Source: Fonticula-like sp. SCN 57-25 (taxonomy: Eukaryota). From it: a DNA stretch of 35,585 nt. Position 1 is the first letter of the stretch. Every line of letters starts with the position of its first letter. Below the pieces are notes generated by a model. That model had not been told where the DNA came from. It worked only from the letters and a program-made list of their open reading frames with translations, and did no database searches. This document shows positions 22,959 to 34,444 of the stretch, piece by piece. The stretch covers positions 1-35,585 of the forward strand of contig MEDX01000039.1 of NCBI GenBank assembly GCA_001724245.1. Reading direction: 5' to 3'. A program made the translations under genes and the position numbers.

Positions 22959-23303
22959 TCCGTCGATGCTATGTGTACATATCTTGTTGCAGCAAAAGAG
23001 ACATCTAATATACTCAGTGCCATATTATTCTTATTGAAAGGGGAAAAGGAATCTGGGAGCCACAATAGTTGCGGAAAGGTCCATTGGCATCTTATTGTCA
23101 CAATTGAAGTAAAGTCATATCTGTGCAATATGGCCACTTTTGCGCTTGTTCGTTTAATAGTATTATCCGTTTTCAAATGGTTTCCATAGTCAATATCATG
23201 ACATTGTGACTTTTGTACACTAGACCAGAAATAAATAGGCATGGATGCTTGTATTGTAAACAGAAACAAAAGCGAGTTGCATAAAGAGTACAGGTCAAGG
23301 GCG

Positions 23304-24284
23304 CTACTGCATGGCGGGCTCGTACTTTTTCGCCTCGAGCTTGTTGCCGCTCGCGGCAAACGACGACGCGCCCTTTTGCAGCATGATGATGTCGGCGTCG
23401 GTGAGCTTTGTCCCGTCGATCGGGTCGCACATGTCCTTGCGGACGGTGTGCTTGACGGCGTCCGCCGACACCACGCGCCCCGATGGCCTGAGCACCGCGA
23501 CGGGCGTGCTGTCCGTGAGCGTCTCGAACGTGATCGGGCACATCCAGCGATGCTTGCTGGTCGCCGTCGACGCGGCATCACCATTGACGGGCGTGAACTT
23601 TACGCTGATCAGATCTTTGACGCGGAGCTTCTTGCCAGAAAAGGGGCACGTCGTGGTCTGGTCGGGCCGCGCGACGGGGGCAGTGCTACCAGTCGACACG
23701 GTCGGCGTATTGTGCGGCACCCAGAAGCTGCCCTGGGATGCTTCGCTCGGGCCTGACGACCCCGTCGATGCCGACGTCGAGACGGCGCTCTCAAGGCGGC
23801 GAAACTCGGCGATCTTGTCGCGGCCCACAGCTTCCTCAATGGCACGGCGCTCGCTCTAGATGGGCGTTAGGAGATGCGGGAAAGCTCACGCGGGCGCACC
23901 TCTTGTTTCCGAATGCTCTCGTCATAGAGTTGTTTTAGCTTGGCCATCTCGGCCTTTTGGTTGAGCAGGACAGTCAAGATCGCCTCGCGATCGTAGAGAT
24001 ATCCATGTTGACTGGAAATAAAGAGTATAAGAAAAAGACCAATAGAGAAAAGCGGCGTACGTGACGACGGGATCGCGGGGATGCTGCAGTGTCAACCAGC
24101 AGGAATCCCAGTGCCGCTGCGAATCTTTCCCTAGCCGCATCACCTGCGTGCCATATCCGGCCACTTTCGAGTCGCGCTATGTTAGAGTGTCAGCACACAA
24201 AAAGGCAGCAACCAGGCCACGAACCGTCCTCTCATAGGCCGTGTAATAGTGCAGCGCCGCGCTATTCTTCGAGTGCTTGCCCAT
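23304..24284 (-). CDS. NOSIP: Nitric oxide synthase-interacting protein (split RING/U-box); exons 24284-24225, 24176-24061, 24011-23900, 23855-23304
   Basis: MGKHSKN..YTAYER, GYGTQVMRLGKDS, DPVVTQHGYLYDREAIL, SFWVP, CPFSGKKLRVKDL, CPITFETL and LQKGASSFA. Confidence 0.93.
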
Positions 24285-24527
24285 CTTCCGCCGTCGGTTG
24301 ATGCAAACTGCAAACTGACGAGCACTTGCATCGATTGACACTGTATTGACATGCCACGCCATGCCATACGAGTTATAGAAAGAAAAGCAGGCTACCGTGT
24401 GTCGTATTATACAGTAATTAAGGGTCGGCTGGCTTTTTATTATAGTTTTAAATGAATATAGTTGCATAGCAATACAGCAGAGATCATTGCGAATATTTCA
24501 TATCATAGGAAAATCCCTGACAAAAAT

Positions 24528-25664
24528 TTACGACGCGCCAAAGACGGTGTTGAGCTGCTGTGTGACGCGAATGAAGGTGGTTCTCTTTGAGAGCTCCTTG
24601 AGGTGCGCCGCTCCGACGTACGTGCACGACGAGCGCAGCCCGCCGAGCAGGTCGTTGATGGTGTCCTGCACCGGGCCGCGGTAGGGCACCTCGACGGTCT
24701 TGCCCTCTGACGAGCGGTACTCTGCGACGCCGCCCTTGTAGCGCGTCATGGCCGTCGTCGAGCTCATGCCGTAAAAGATCTTGTACTTGCGGTTGTCGCG
24801 ATCGACGATCTCGCCGCCGCTCTCATCGTGGCCGGCAAACATGCCGCCAAGCATGACAAAGTCGGCACCGCCGCCAAACGCTACAAGAAAAGTTGTCAGC
24901 AAAAGTAGTGTCAAAGAAAGTCGCGCGTACCTTTGGCGACGTCGCCCGGAACTGTGCAGCCGCCGTCGGCGATGATGTGGCCGTTGAGCCCGTGCGCGGC
25001 GTCGGCGCACTCGATGACGGCAGACAGCTGCGGGTACCCGACGCCCGTCTGCTTGCGCGTGGTGCACACAGAGCCCGGTCCAATGCCGACCTTGACAATG
25101 TCGGCGCCTGACAGGATCAGCTCCTCGACCATCTCGCCCGTCACGACATTGCCGGCGATGATGGTGTGGTTGGGGTACTTGGCGCGCACCTTGCGGACGG
25201 TCTCCACGAAAAACTCAGAGTAGCCGTTGGCGACGTCGAGGCAAATCATGTTGACGTTAACTTTTTGCAGGATGCTGTCCATGAGGTCGAGGTCGACCTG
25301 GCCGACGCCTGATGACACAGCAGCGTACTGGAGCAGCTCGGGATGCTCCTCGGCGAGCTCGCACCACTCGGCCAGCGTCGTGAACTTGTGAAGGACGGTG
25401 ATGAGGCGGTTCGCGCCTAGCACGCGGGCCATACCCACGGTGCCGACCGTGTCCATGTTGGACGCCATGATTGGGACGCCCGTCCATGTCGCCTATCAAA
25501 TGTCACGTCAGCATCAGGGGGTGACTAAGCAGCGGGCGTACCTTGGAGTGGCGGAAGGAAAAGGTGCGCACAAGGTCAACATCCGCGCGGCTGGCAATGG
25601 TGCTGCGCTTGGGCCGGATGAGCACGTCCTTAAAGTCAAGCTTGATGTCGTTCTCGATTCGCAT
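24528..25664 (-). CDS. GMPR: GMP reductase (E. coli GuaC/human GMPR type); exons 25664-25542, 25492-24931, 24880-24528
   Basis: [77 protein letters not shown] and [12 protein letters not shown]. Confidence 0.96.
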
Positions 25665-25755
25665 GATGCCTGGAAAACTTCACGGGGCACCAGGGGGTCA
25701 AAGGTGGAATGAACAACAAAAAGCTGATGCAATCAGTTAACTACGTGTCAGCAAG

Positions 25756-25780
25756 TTCCGGAATCAATCATTCCGGAATC
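25756..25780. promoter_or_regulatory. Duplicated TTCCGGAATC motif in the 140-bp GMPR/UTP7 divergent gap
   Basis: Palindromic TTCCGGAA at 25756 and 25771, each followed by TC. Confidence 0.5.
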
Positions 25781-25804
25781 TCGCAGGTGTGATCAGTAGT
25801 CATC

Positions 25805-27390
25805 ATGGCCGAGCGGTACAAGCGCGGGACGCCGACCGGCGCTGGCCGCGGCGCGCATCCGCGCCTCAAGCGCGAGATGAGTCGTCATGAGCGCGAGGCG
25901 CACAACGCGGCTGAGCGTGCTGCAAACGCCGAAGTGCTGCTGCCGACCGATGCCGGTCTGCTCGAGGCCGAGGGCATGGAGCGGACGTACAAGTTTACAC
26001 AGGCGGCCATCCGCGAGAGCGTCGACATGGCCGCGGCGCGCAAGGGATTTGACCTCGCGCTCGACCAATTCGGACCGTACCGCACGAATGTTACGCGTAA
26101 TGGTCGTCACCTTTTGCTCGGCGGGCGGAAGGGGCATCTCGCCTCGTTTGACACTGCATCGCACCAGCTCGGGTTTGAGCTCCACGTGAAGGAGACTGTC
26201 CGCGATGTACAGTACGGATCGCGTCTATTCCGGCCTGCACGACTGGTACTAACGCCCTTTACTTTAGCTGGCTTCATAACGAGAGTCTCTTTGCGGCGGC
26301 GCAGAAAAAGTATGTTTATATATATGATCGGACGGGCGCCGAGGTTCATCGGCTAAAGCATCACACGGAGGCGTCGCGGCTCGACTACCTTGATCACCAC
26401 TTTTTGCTAATGTCGATTGGCGACGCGGGCATTCTGCGTTTCCAGGACACGTCCACCGGCGAGATCGCCGCCGAGCATCGCACGCGCCTCGGCCCGTGCG
26501 ATGTCCTTGCGCACAACCCGCAGACTGCCGTCGCGCATCTGGGCCACGGGAACGGCGTTGTTTCTCTGTGGACACCCACTGTGTCGACGCCGCTTGTCAA
26601 GATGTTTTGCCACCGCGCGCCTGTGAGCGCCGTGGCGCTGGACGCGACGGGCCACTACATGGTGACTGCTGGCCTGGACCGCCAGGTCAAGGTGTGGGAC
26701 ATTCGCACGTACAAGCAGGTGCACGCGTACGCCGTCAACACGGCGCCCGCCACGTCGCTCGACATTTCGCAGCGCGGCCTGCTGGCTGTCGGCTCTGGCG
26801 GCCACGTAAACATTTGGCAGGACGCGATCCGCAGCAAGGCGGCTGCGCCGTACATGTACCACGCGCTGCCTGGGTCGCGCGTCGCGTCGCTTTCGTTTGT
26901 GCCGTACGAGGACGTGCTCGGCGTGGGGCACGAAAAGGGTTACGCGTCGCTCATTGTGCCGGGCGCCGGAGAGCCCAACTTTGACGCGTACGAGGCGAAT
27001 CCCTTTGAGAACCGCAAGCAGCGGCGCGAGACCGAGGTCAAGCGGCTGCTCGACAAGATCCAGCCCGACGCCATCTCTATGGACCCCAACGCGATTGGCC
27101 GCGTGGCCAAGACAAACAAGGAGGAGCAGCTGAGCCGCGCGCAGGCGAGCGCAGAGGCCAACAACGCGGACGGCGAGCCGTTTGTGCCGAGGAACAGGAA
27201 AAGGGGAAGGAGCTCGGCAAAGAGGAGATTCCTGCGCAAGCAGCAAAACGTCATGGACACGCAGCGGAGCCTTATGCTCGAGGAGCAGAAGAAGCGCAAG
27301 AGGACACCGCAGATGGAGGCGCAGGACGCGGCCGACGAGGCGGCCGTTTCGGGGCCCGCGCTCTCGCGCTTCAAGCGCACCCGCGCATAG
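25805..27390 (+). CDS. UTP7: U3 snoRNP protein Utp7/WDR46 (BING4); exons 25805-26211, 26268-27390
   Basis: GLLEAEGMERTYK, TRNGRHLLLGGRKGH, WLHNESLFAAAQKKYVYIYD, HLGHGNG, FVPYEDVLGVGH and VPGAGEPNFD. Intron 26212-26267 has a TACTAAC branch point. Confidence 0.96.
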
Positions 27391-27602
27391 TTTTGTTGCT
27401 TTCTTTCTTTGGCATCGCAGATTGGTTCAGAAAATACTCGTTGATTAAATTGATGATACTTGTACAAAGGGAATACTAGGTCATGATGCGAAATGAACGT
27501 CAAATTGAACAGACTCATGCTCGTAACAATGCAACGCGCAAAGAACACGACACGGCTAAACTACGCAAAATTGCACAGAAACAGATAAAGAATCATTCAA
27601 TG

Positions 27603-30272
27603 TTATTCTGCATCGACGCCGATCATAGGGGCGCCGAGGTACTTTTCAACGCAGGCCAAGAGCGCAGGCTGCCGGCACGGCTTGGCGAGATAGTCCGTCA
27701 TGCCCATCTTGAGCGCGTCGTCCACCTGCTCTTGCCGCGCGTTGCCAGATAGGCCGATGATGGGTATGGGTTCGGCAACACCGCGGCGCTCTTCGTCCTT
27801 TCGAATAGCGCTAGTGGCCTCTAGGCCGTCTAGGACAGGCATCTCGACATCCATAATGATCAGATCGTACGGCGGGACAGCGTGAAGGTACATGTCGATC
27901 GCCTCTCGTCCGTTGGCCGCAAGGTCGACGGTGTACGGCTTGCCGGGCGCTGTCTCAAACTGCTTCCGAAGGACGGCACGATTGATGTCATTGTCTTCCG
28001 CGACAAGAATACGCCGCTGCGAGGAAGGCGAGGTAACCGGTGGCGATGCCAGATGCGCGCCAGGTGACTTGTTTGACTGACGGCGCCGCGATCGTCCACG
28101 CGTTGCAATTGGCTCAACCTCAGAATCAAGCTCGCTGGACGGGCTAGCGATGGCGCAAGGAACGCTAAACACAAACGTGCTGCCTTCGCCGACCTTGCTC
28201 GTGACGGCGATAGTGCCGCCAAGAAGATCGGTCAAGGCGCGGCTAATGAAGAGCCCCATTCCCGACCCGCCATAGTTGCTGTATGTCTTGCTGCTTGCTT
28301 GCATAAACGGCTTGAAAAGACGGCCGCTCTCCTCGGAAGTCATGCCAATGCCCGTGTCAATGATCGAGAAAACAAGGCGGACAAACGCGCCATCAGATGG
28401 CGGCGCTGTAAAGTCGCTTTCCGAAGACGAAGCGTCCTCGCGACGAGCAGCAAGCGCAGCCTTGACACATTCGGCAAACTCGGCGGCAGACATCGTTTCA
28501 ACAGCAACAGCAAACGTCACCTTGCGCTCATTGCAATTGCGGGTAAACTTGATGGCGTTGGAAAGAAGGTTCACCAGAACTTGGGATATGCGGTGAGAGT
28601 CGCCGCGGAGGCGCATGTCCTTGTCAATGCTGGGGGCATCGAGAACCAGCGCCACGTTCGACGACTCGGCCTCAGCGCGAAAGGTGTTCATGACCGAATC
28701 AACAAGCCGCTGCAGCAAAAACACTCGTTCTTGAATCCCAAAGTGGCCGGCATGAAGGCGCGATATCTGCAGCACGTCGTCGGTGATGCGCCGCTGATGG
28801 TCGGCACAGAGTTCGATCGCATCCCATAGCGCTTCCTGCCCTTCAATCCGATCAATAATGTCTTTCACATCCGCCGTTGTCAACTTGCGAAGGCTCGCTA
28901 GAATGTCCGCCCTTTCGACAAGGAGCATGTCCATGTTGTTGACGATGCCGTTGAGTGGATTGCGAATCTCGTGGCAGATCATGTCAACAAAGCGCTCCTG
29001 CTCCCTTCGGTGCTGCTCGGCCTCGCGCGCGCGCGCCTCGGACGTCTCGGCAACGAGCGCAAGGGCATCGAGGCGCGAGCGCTCCAGCTGCAGCCGCTCG
29101 CTCACATCCGCAAAGGCGCACACTAGGCTGCGTACATTGCCGGCGCTGTCGACTTCTGGGAGCGTTCGCGCCATCATCACAATCTTGGCGTTGTCGGTAG
29201 GCCGCACAAACACAAACTCGGCTTTCATGTGCGCCTTTGGATCTCGGAGCGCAAGCAACCATGCCGCCAGGACCATATCGCGGTCGCTGTCCTGGACAAA
29301 CATAATCCAGTCGTGGCTGTCATGGACGCGAAGACCCGTGAGCTCGGTCCAGCGCTCGTTCACAAAGCTCGCTTGACCGGTCGCAGCATTGGTGCGCGTG
29401 ATGGCGTTCGGATTAAGGCGCATCAGAATTGAGAGGTCCTCTGACGCTCGCTTGAGATCCTCATTCCGCTGCACAATCGAGTCGAACAGATGCTTGATGC
29501 GGCGCTCGAGCGGGAGGTAGGCGCAAAGGCCAATGATAGACAGCACGCCAAGGATGATCCCCATAAAAATATAATTCAAGTCGCGCACGTCGTTCATCTG
29601 ATCCTGGCTAATCTCGGTCATGTTGAGCTGGATGAAATTGAGCGGAACGAGCACACCCAGCTCCTGGTTGATGATGTTGGTAACATTTCCCACAATCGTG
29701 GGCGTCACACCAGTGATCGCCGCGCCACCGACAAGCTCCGTAACAATGTCGAAAAAAGAAGCCGCCGTCGATTCCGCAAAAGGTGCCATTTCTACCCAGA
29801 GCGTGCGAATGCCAGGGCTTGTGATCGTGTGGGTAACGTTGAGGGCGCCATTCGCGTGCTCGAGCGCCTCCAAACCGATCGTCATAGAAAGATAGCCGGC
29901 AAAGAGCGGGTCAATTGAAGCCACCAAAAGAGTAGAGTTGGTCGGGTCAATGACGATGCGCAGCGCCTGCTCAACAGCCGCGCTGTAAAAGTACCGGATA
30001 ATCGAGACGTTGAGAATGGCCTCGCCGTTGAGGATCGCCGTCGTCAGACCATTCGCGACGACAATCATGGCAGCGACAGCAAGAGCCCCGATCACGCCCA
30101 AGGAAGAGACGAAAATGATCCGCAGCGTCAGGTTGGTCGACCTGACATTCTGATTGCCCCACGATGGATGCCAGTACGCCGCCACCCGCCGAAGAAACCT
30201 GACAAACGACGTTTTCTTTTTCACCGGGTTGGCAGGGCCAGCAGCGAGGAGCATGTCATCCTCAACGAGCAT
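27603..30272 (-). CDS. Membrane-bound hybrid histidine kinase (TM - extracytoplasmic helical domain - TM - PAS - HisKA - HATPase - REC), no intron in the ORF
   Basis: Two hydrophobic segments; PAS FVNERWTELTG; H-box CHEIRNPLNGI; N-box QVLVNLLSNAIKFT; DTGIGM; GGSGMGL; receiver VAEDN, DLIIMDVEMP and YLAKP. Confidence 0.95.
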   Translation of the reverse strand: MLVEDDMLLAAGPANPVKKKTSFVRFLRRVAAYWHPSWGNQNVRSTNLTLRIIFVSSLGVIGALAVAAMIVVANGLTTAILNGEAILNVSIIRYFYSAAVEQALRIVIDPTNSTLLVASIDPLFAGYLSMTIGLEALEHANGALNVTHTITSPGIRTLWVEMAPFAESTAASFFDIVTELVGGAAITGVTPTIVGNVTNIINQELGVLVPLNFIQLNMTEISQDQMNDVRDLNYIFMGIILGVLSIIGLCAYLPLERRIKHLFDSIVQRNEDLKRASEDLSILMRLNPNAITRTNAATGQASFVNERWTELTGLRVHDSHDWIMFVQDSDRDMVLAAWLLALRDPKAHMKAEFVFVRPTDNAKIVMMARTLPEVDSAGNVRSLVCAFADVSERLQLERSRLDALALVAETSEARAREAEQHRREQERFVDMICHEIRNPLNGIVNNMDMLLVERADILASLRKLTTADVKDIIDRIEGQEALWDAIELCADHQRRITDDVLQISRLHAGHFGIQERVFLLQRLVDSVMNTFRAEAESSNVALVLDAPSIDKDMRLRGDSHRISQVLVNLLSNAIKFTRNCNERKVTFAVAVETMSAAEFAECVKAALAARREDASSSESDFTAPPSDGAFVRLVFSIIDTGIGMTSEESGRLFKPFMQASSKTYSNYGGSGMGLFISRALTDLLGGTIAVTSKVGEGSTFVFSVPCAIASPSSELDSEVEPIATRGRSRRRQSNKSPGAHLASPPVTSPSSQRRILVAEDNDINRAVLRKQFETAPGKPYTVDLAANGREAIDMYLHAVPPYDLIIMDVEMPVLDGLEATSAIRKDEERRGVAEPIPIIGLSGNARQEQVDDALKMGMTDYLAKPCRQPALLACVEKYLGAPMIGVDAE

Positions 30273-31802
30273 GGCCCTCCACCGGAGACGCCGAAGCCGG
30301 GGTTAATATCGTTCTGCGGGATCGGAACCGCTTCTCCGAGCGAGAAGGTCGCCAGGGGGAGATTCTGAACCTGTTGAATGGCGCGCGACATGACAGACAG
30401 CGGCTCCTCGAAAAGGAAGTGTCGACGACTATAGAATACGCCGATTGGTCGATAGACTCGAGGAATGGTTGTGATTGGTCAACGGTAGTTGCGCCTGCAA
30501 CAATCAAAGAGCGACGGCAAAAGCCACTGCCCCACCTACCCACCTGGCCCCAGCATCGTTTTTTTACCGGCCCAGTATCGTTGACGCCGACGTGGTGGTG
30601 GCAGCGACAATCTTGCAGGTGGGCCAGCAGACAGTCGTCCCTCTCCTGCTTGGGCATTTTCTGATGTGTGAAACTGTCCCGGCGTCGCGCGTGAGTATGC
30701 TTTTAGACGTGCGCTGCGTCGCTGCACATCCGCATGCTGGATAGTGTCCTAACCCAACGGTATTCTTTGCGGCTCATAGCAATCGTCTGCACCGTGCTAA
30801 CAGAGCGCTCGCTTAAAGCTGCTATGAGACTACGGCAAGGGCACTGGCCAATGTGGCCATCACGATGGAATCAGCACATCGATGATGCCAGCAGTCTTGA
30901 TTCTGGGGCAGGCCGCGCGTGCAATCAAGCATACAACAGGTCATAACCGCGGCTTTTGAGAACCGTAATATTTACGTGGGGCGCAGGAAAGGTCTGGTAC
31001 TTTTGGCATTACTCGCGTAGTATGGATGGTGCACTATTGCGGTTGTACAATTGCCGCCCCGCCCCGCGAGAGCACATGGTGAAATGGTTGGACCTCCAAT
31101 TAAAGCAATAGGTTGAGAGCGTGTCAACGGGTCACTTTTTTGTGCAAAAGCATACTGTACACGAATATAGGTTAACCGGCATCTCAAACGAAAGGGGAAT
31201 GCACCAACAAAAATGCGTTTCGAAAGAGTGACTGTCGATAACGATATCCATCAAGACAAGCATTCAAAAAAGCAAAGACTTTTACAGAAACTTAGTGCAC
31301 AGGAATTTTGGACGCTGGCGCCGAGTAGAAGAACCAGGTTTGGATCGATTTCGCGGACAAGTATTTGGAAAGGATCAAAATTTCATGACGTAATAATGTC
31401 TCAGGAACACGGATCTTTTAACCGAAGACGTCATCAAGGGACGAGCCAGTCCCGCAACAAAGAGAGCCCAATAACAAAACCATGGACTGCTGGGTGCTGT
31501 GAAGAAGGGAACAGTGGCGACCAGCAGCATAAAATTCTGCACCTCAAATGGCGGCACGCAAATCTAGCAGAGCGGGATTTCGTCTCATCACGGTTCTTTC
31601 TCAAAGAGAATCAATCGAAATTTATAATCAACGTCGACCGTTGGTTGAGACGATTTTCATTGTTTGTTGTGATGAAGAGCGAGCTGTCGAGCGCGCGCGC
31701 GCGCACGTAGTTTCAGGCCCTCGAAGCGTGTGCCGGTGAGGAAGCGACTCGCTCTTTTCTTCGAAATGAGCTTATTGAGGAACGTCATTTTGAGATGTAC
31801 AG

Positions 31803-32431
31803 CTTTTGTTTGAGGGGGATGTTCTGCCGTCGCATGTTTTGTGGTGTTCAAGCGTACGCATGCTCGACTGGGAGTGAGCGCCGGCGCGGCAGTGCGACGC
31901 TGTCGTGGTTTGGAGAACTGGCGGCGTCAAGACTGCTATTCCGGCGATTTTCCACGAAGAATTGACGGTTGTCATTCTGTCTTTCATTGCCGTGATCGAC
32001 GATGTGTACCGCGAGTTAATGACCAGACGAGTTGGCGACGTGATGCTTCACATCAGCTGTGAGCAGACCAGTGGTCCAATGCCAGTACGTGCTCGATTCG
32101 CTATGTGCTCCGTATTAACCACCATCTTATATTCCCAGAGCCGCGTTTTGTGATCTTTTCTATTACGGTGCCCGATTTTCAACTCGCCGTCCATGGCTCT
32201 GACGGGCACTGCCTCGCTGGCAACGCCCTGTGCCTGCAATCGACGACCGCTATCATCGGGGACACTGTGCGGGAGGATCTGGTATTTCTGGTGGACGACA
32301 AGCGGCCCGCGCGCCTACTGCCGTCGATTGAAATTGTGATCCTGATCCTAGAGCGCCGTGTCATCACGACCGGCAACCTCTTTGTGGCTACCTGTCATGG
32401 TTTGCGAGTCTACTGCGGCAGCTCTTCGTAA
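31803..32431 (+). pseudogene. Possible degraded spliced gene fragment of unknown family
   Basis: GTACGC (31854) and GTACGT (~32085, with ATTAAC and CCCAG downstream) match the local splice consensus, but the flanking ORFs do not join in frame. Confidence 0.2.
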
Positions 32432-32955
32432 ACGAATGTTTAGCATCCTAGTGGACGGTTTCCATGATTAGCTCGGCATACTATGGTTAGTATCCGTAGC
32501 TCCCTGAAACATAACGTACAGCTCGCACACGTCGCACCTTCCGGTGGCGTTGACGCGCGCCCACCGACCGCAGCGCAGGCACGGTAGACTGTTCTCCTCC
32601 TGAAAGTCACCGATGCCTGGAGCGACCAGAAATCTGGAAGCCCATCGTCCGAGGACAACTGCTGCTGTTGCGCTCCATACGCCACCAACCCCACCGACTC
32701 GTACGACTCCAACAGCGCTCGGCGAGCTTGCTCGCGCTCCTCGTTGCGCTCCGGAATTGCCGCGCGGTTCGCTTCCACCTGCTCCTCCCTTCGCAGAATG
32801 TGCTGGACGGTAGCGCTGCCGACGTCAGCTGGCACTCCGCGATGCGGACGGTACGCGCAGCATTCTCGGGCCCATCGTTATGGGAAATAATCCCGAGGCC
32901 CAGCCGCTCCCTAAACGACATCCAAAAGTCAGTCGTCTTGGGGCACCGCCGCTGG

Positions 32956-33450
32956 GAAATAGTCGAAATTCTGCATTCCCCAGACTAGGGCGAGACACCC
33001 GCGGTCAGTGGTGGAATAATCGCGTTCGGTCGGCGAAAGGAGACGACTTGCATAGGCAATTGGGTGCCCTTCTTGCTCGAGCACTGCTCCAATGCCAATA
33101 GTAGAGGCATCGGTAGTCAAGGTGAAACCTTTGCCGAAGTCTGGGTAAGCAAACACAGGCGTGTTAGTTAGAGTGTTCTTCAAACGACGGAATGCTTCAT
33201 CCGCAGCCTGGTCCCAGATGAACTCCTTCTTATTGTGTTTGATGAGGCGGGTGATCGGCTCAGCAGTGTATGCGAAGTCTTTGATGAACTTGCGATAATA
33301 GCCGGCCAATCCCATAAATGTCTGGATATCCTTGACAGTGCTTGGAATCGGGAACTCTGACACCGCTTTCACTCCATCTTGTGAAGCGTGCACTCCATCT
33401 TTGTCGATAATGTGCCCCAGGATATTGCCCTTGCCCTTGAGGAACTTGTA
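32956..33450 (-). mobile_element. Truncated Ty3/gypsy pol relic (RT C-terminus, connection, RNase H N-half)
   Basis: ILGHII, KDIQTFMGLAGYYRKFIKDFA, FIWDQAADEAF, LTTDASTIGIGAVL, PIAYASR and YSTTDRGCLALVW. In-frame stop upstream; similarity ends abruptly after NFDYF. Confidence 0.92.
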
Positions 33451-33529
33451 TTAGTTCAATATATTGTCTTTCCCCTCTTTGCTTTACACTCACTGGGTTG
33501 GTAATAGTTATTATTTTTACCCAGGTCAA

Positions 33530-33675
33530 TGTAAGAGAGGTGTGCCAAGGATCAGGGTAAGACAAAGTGTATTGAGTGGATACCCAGGAATCCGAGGGAA
33601 AGGCACGAGATCCAACCACGTGGATCACTGTGCACAAGACTGCCACAGCCTATATCCTACACCACCCCCTCCTTA
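33530..33675 (-). mobile_element. Polypurine tract followed by a 132-bp LTR-like segment (TGTAGG...CTTACA)
   Basis: On the minus strand AAGGAGGGGGTGG directly precedes TGTAGG (33661), and the segment ends in CTTACA (33530), giving TGTA..TACA termini. No second copy is seen in the window. Confidence 0.55.
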
Positions 33676-33701
33676 TAGAGAACCCCCTACTAGGTTTGCC
33701 T

Positions 33702-33759
33702 CACAGTTTTACACTCGCGCTTCAGCGCCACACAGTTTTACACTCGCGCTTCAGCGCCA
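33702..33759. repeat. Tandem 28-bp duplication CACAGTTTTACACTCGCGCTTCAGCGCC
   Basis: Two adjacent copies are visible. Confidence 0.9.
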
Positions 33760-33947
33760 AACGTCTTCTCTGACTCACACATTCCACAATCATAATAATT
33801 CTCAGACTCTGCAAAAACACACGTTCTCCACAAAGCCCTTGTCGTGAAGAATCTCGAATATCTCAACCATCAAACTTCCTCTCCCCTCCTTCTTTGAGCT
33901 CCCGGCCGTGTCTTATCTCCGTCTTTCCAGCTTGCGTCGGTTTACAG

Positions 33948-34112
33948 CTCGCTCGATCACTCGTTCGACATTCGCTCGACAACTCGTTCGGCATTCGCTC
34001 GAGAACTCACTCGACAACTCACTCGACAACTCGATTGAAAACTCGCTTGACAACTCGCTTGACAACATGATTGACACTTGATTGACAACTCGATCGACAA
34101 CTCGCTTGAAAG
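33948..34112. repeat. Degenerate ~12-bp tandem repeat (CTCGACAACTCR-like)
   Basis: Repeated GACAACTCG/GACAACTCA cores. Confidence 0.85.
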
Positions 34113-34444
34113 CGTGTAGGAAACTTCCACGTTGCCATCCTCCTTATGTCGATGCGCACTCGCTTGGTAACGTCTTGATGGCTGTCTCGTATTCAAAACA
34201 CCGCTACTGCGCGCGACGCGCTGAGGCATCACCAATGAAAATCTCGTTCACTCGAATCTCGCCGAAATGTAACTCGCGCTCACGCACGCGTCCTTGCGCT
34301 CGAATTGAAACCGGCTTGATCTTGTTCACAGCACCCAAGACGACATAACCCAACACGTCTCGGCATAGCTCGCTACTCATGGTCTGCCCCCGCAGGTACT
34401 CCGAGTACCGCGTGTTCGCATACCGTCGTCCGCGCCACAGGCAA

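Noticed and set aside
31213-31710. 165-aa ORF in the repeat zone
   Set aside because: No motif, no host codon bias and no supporting splice structure.
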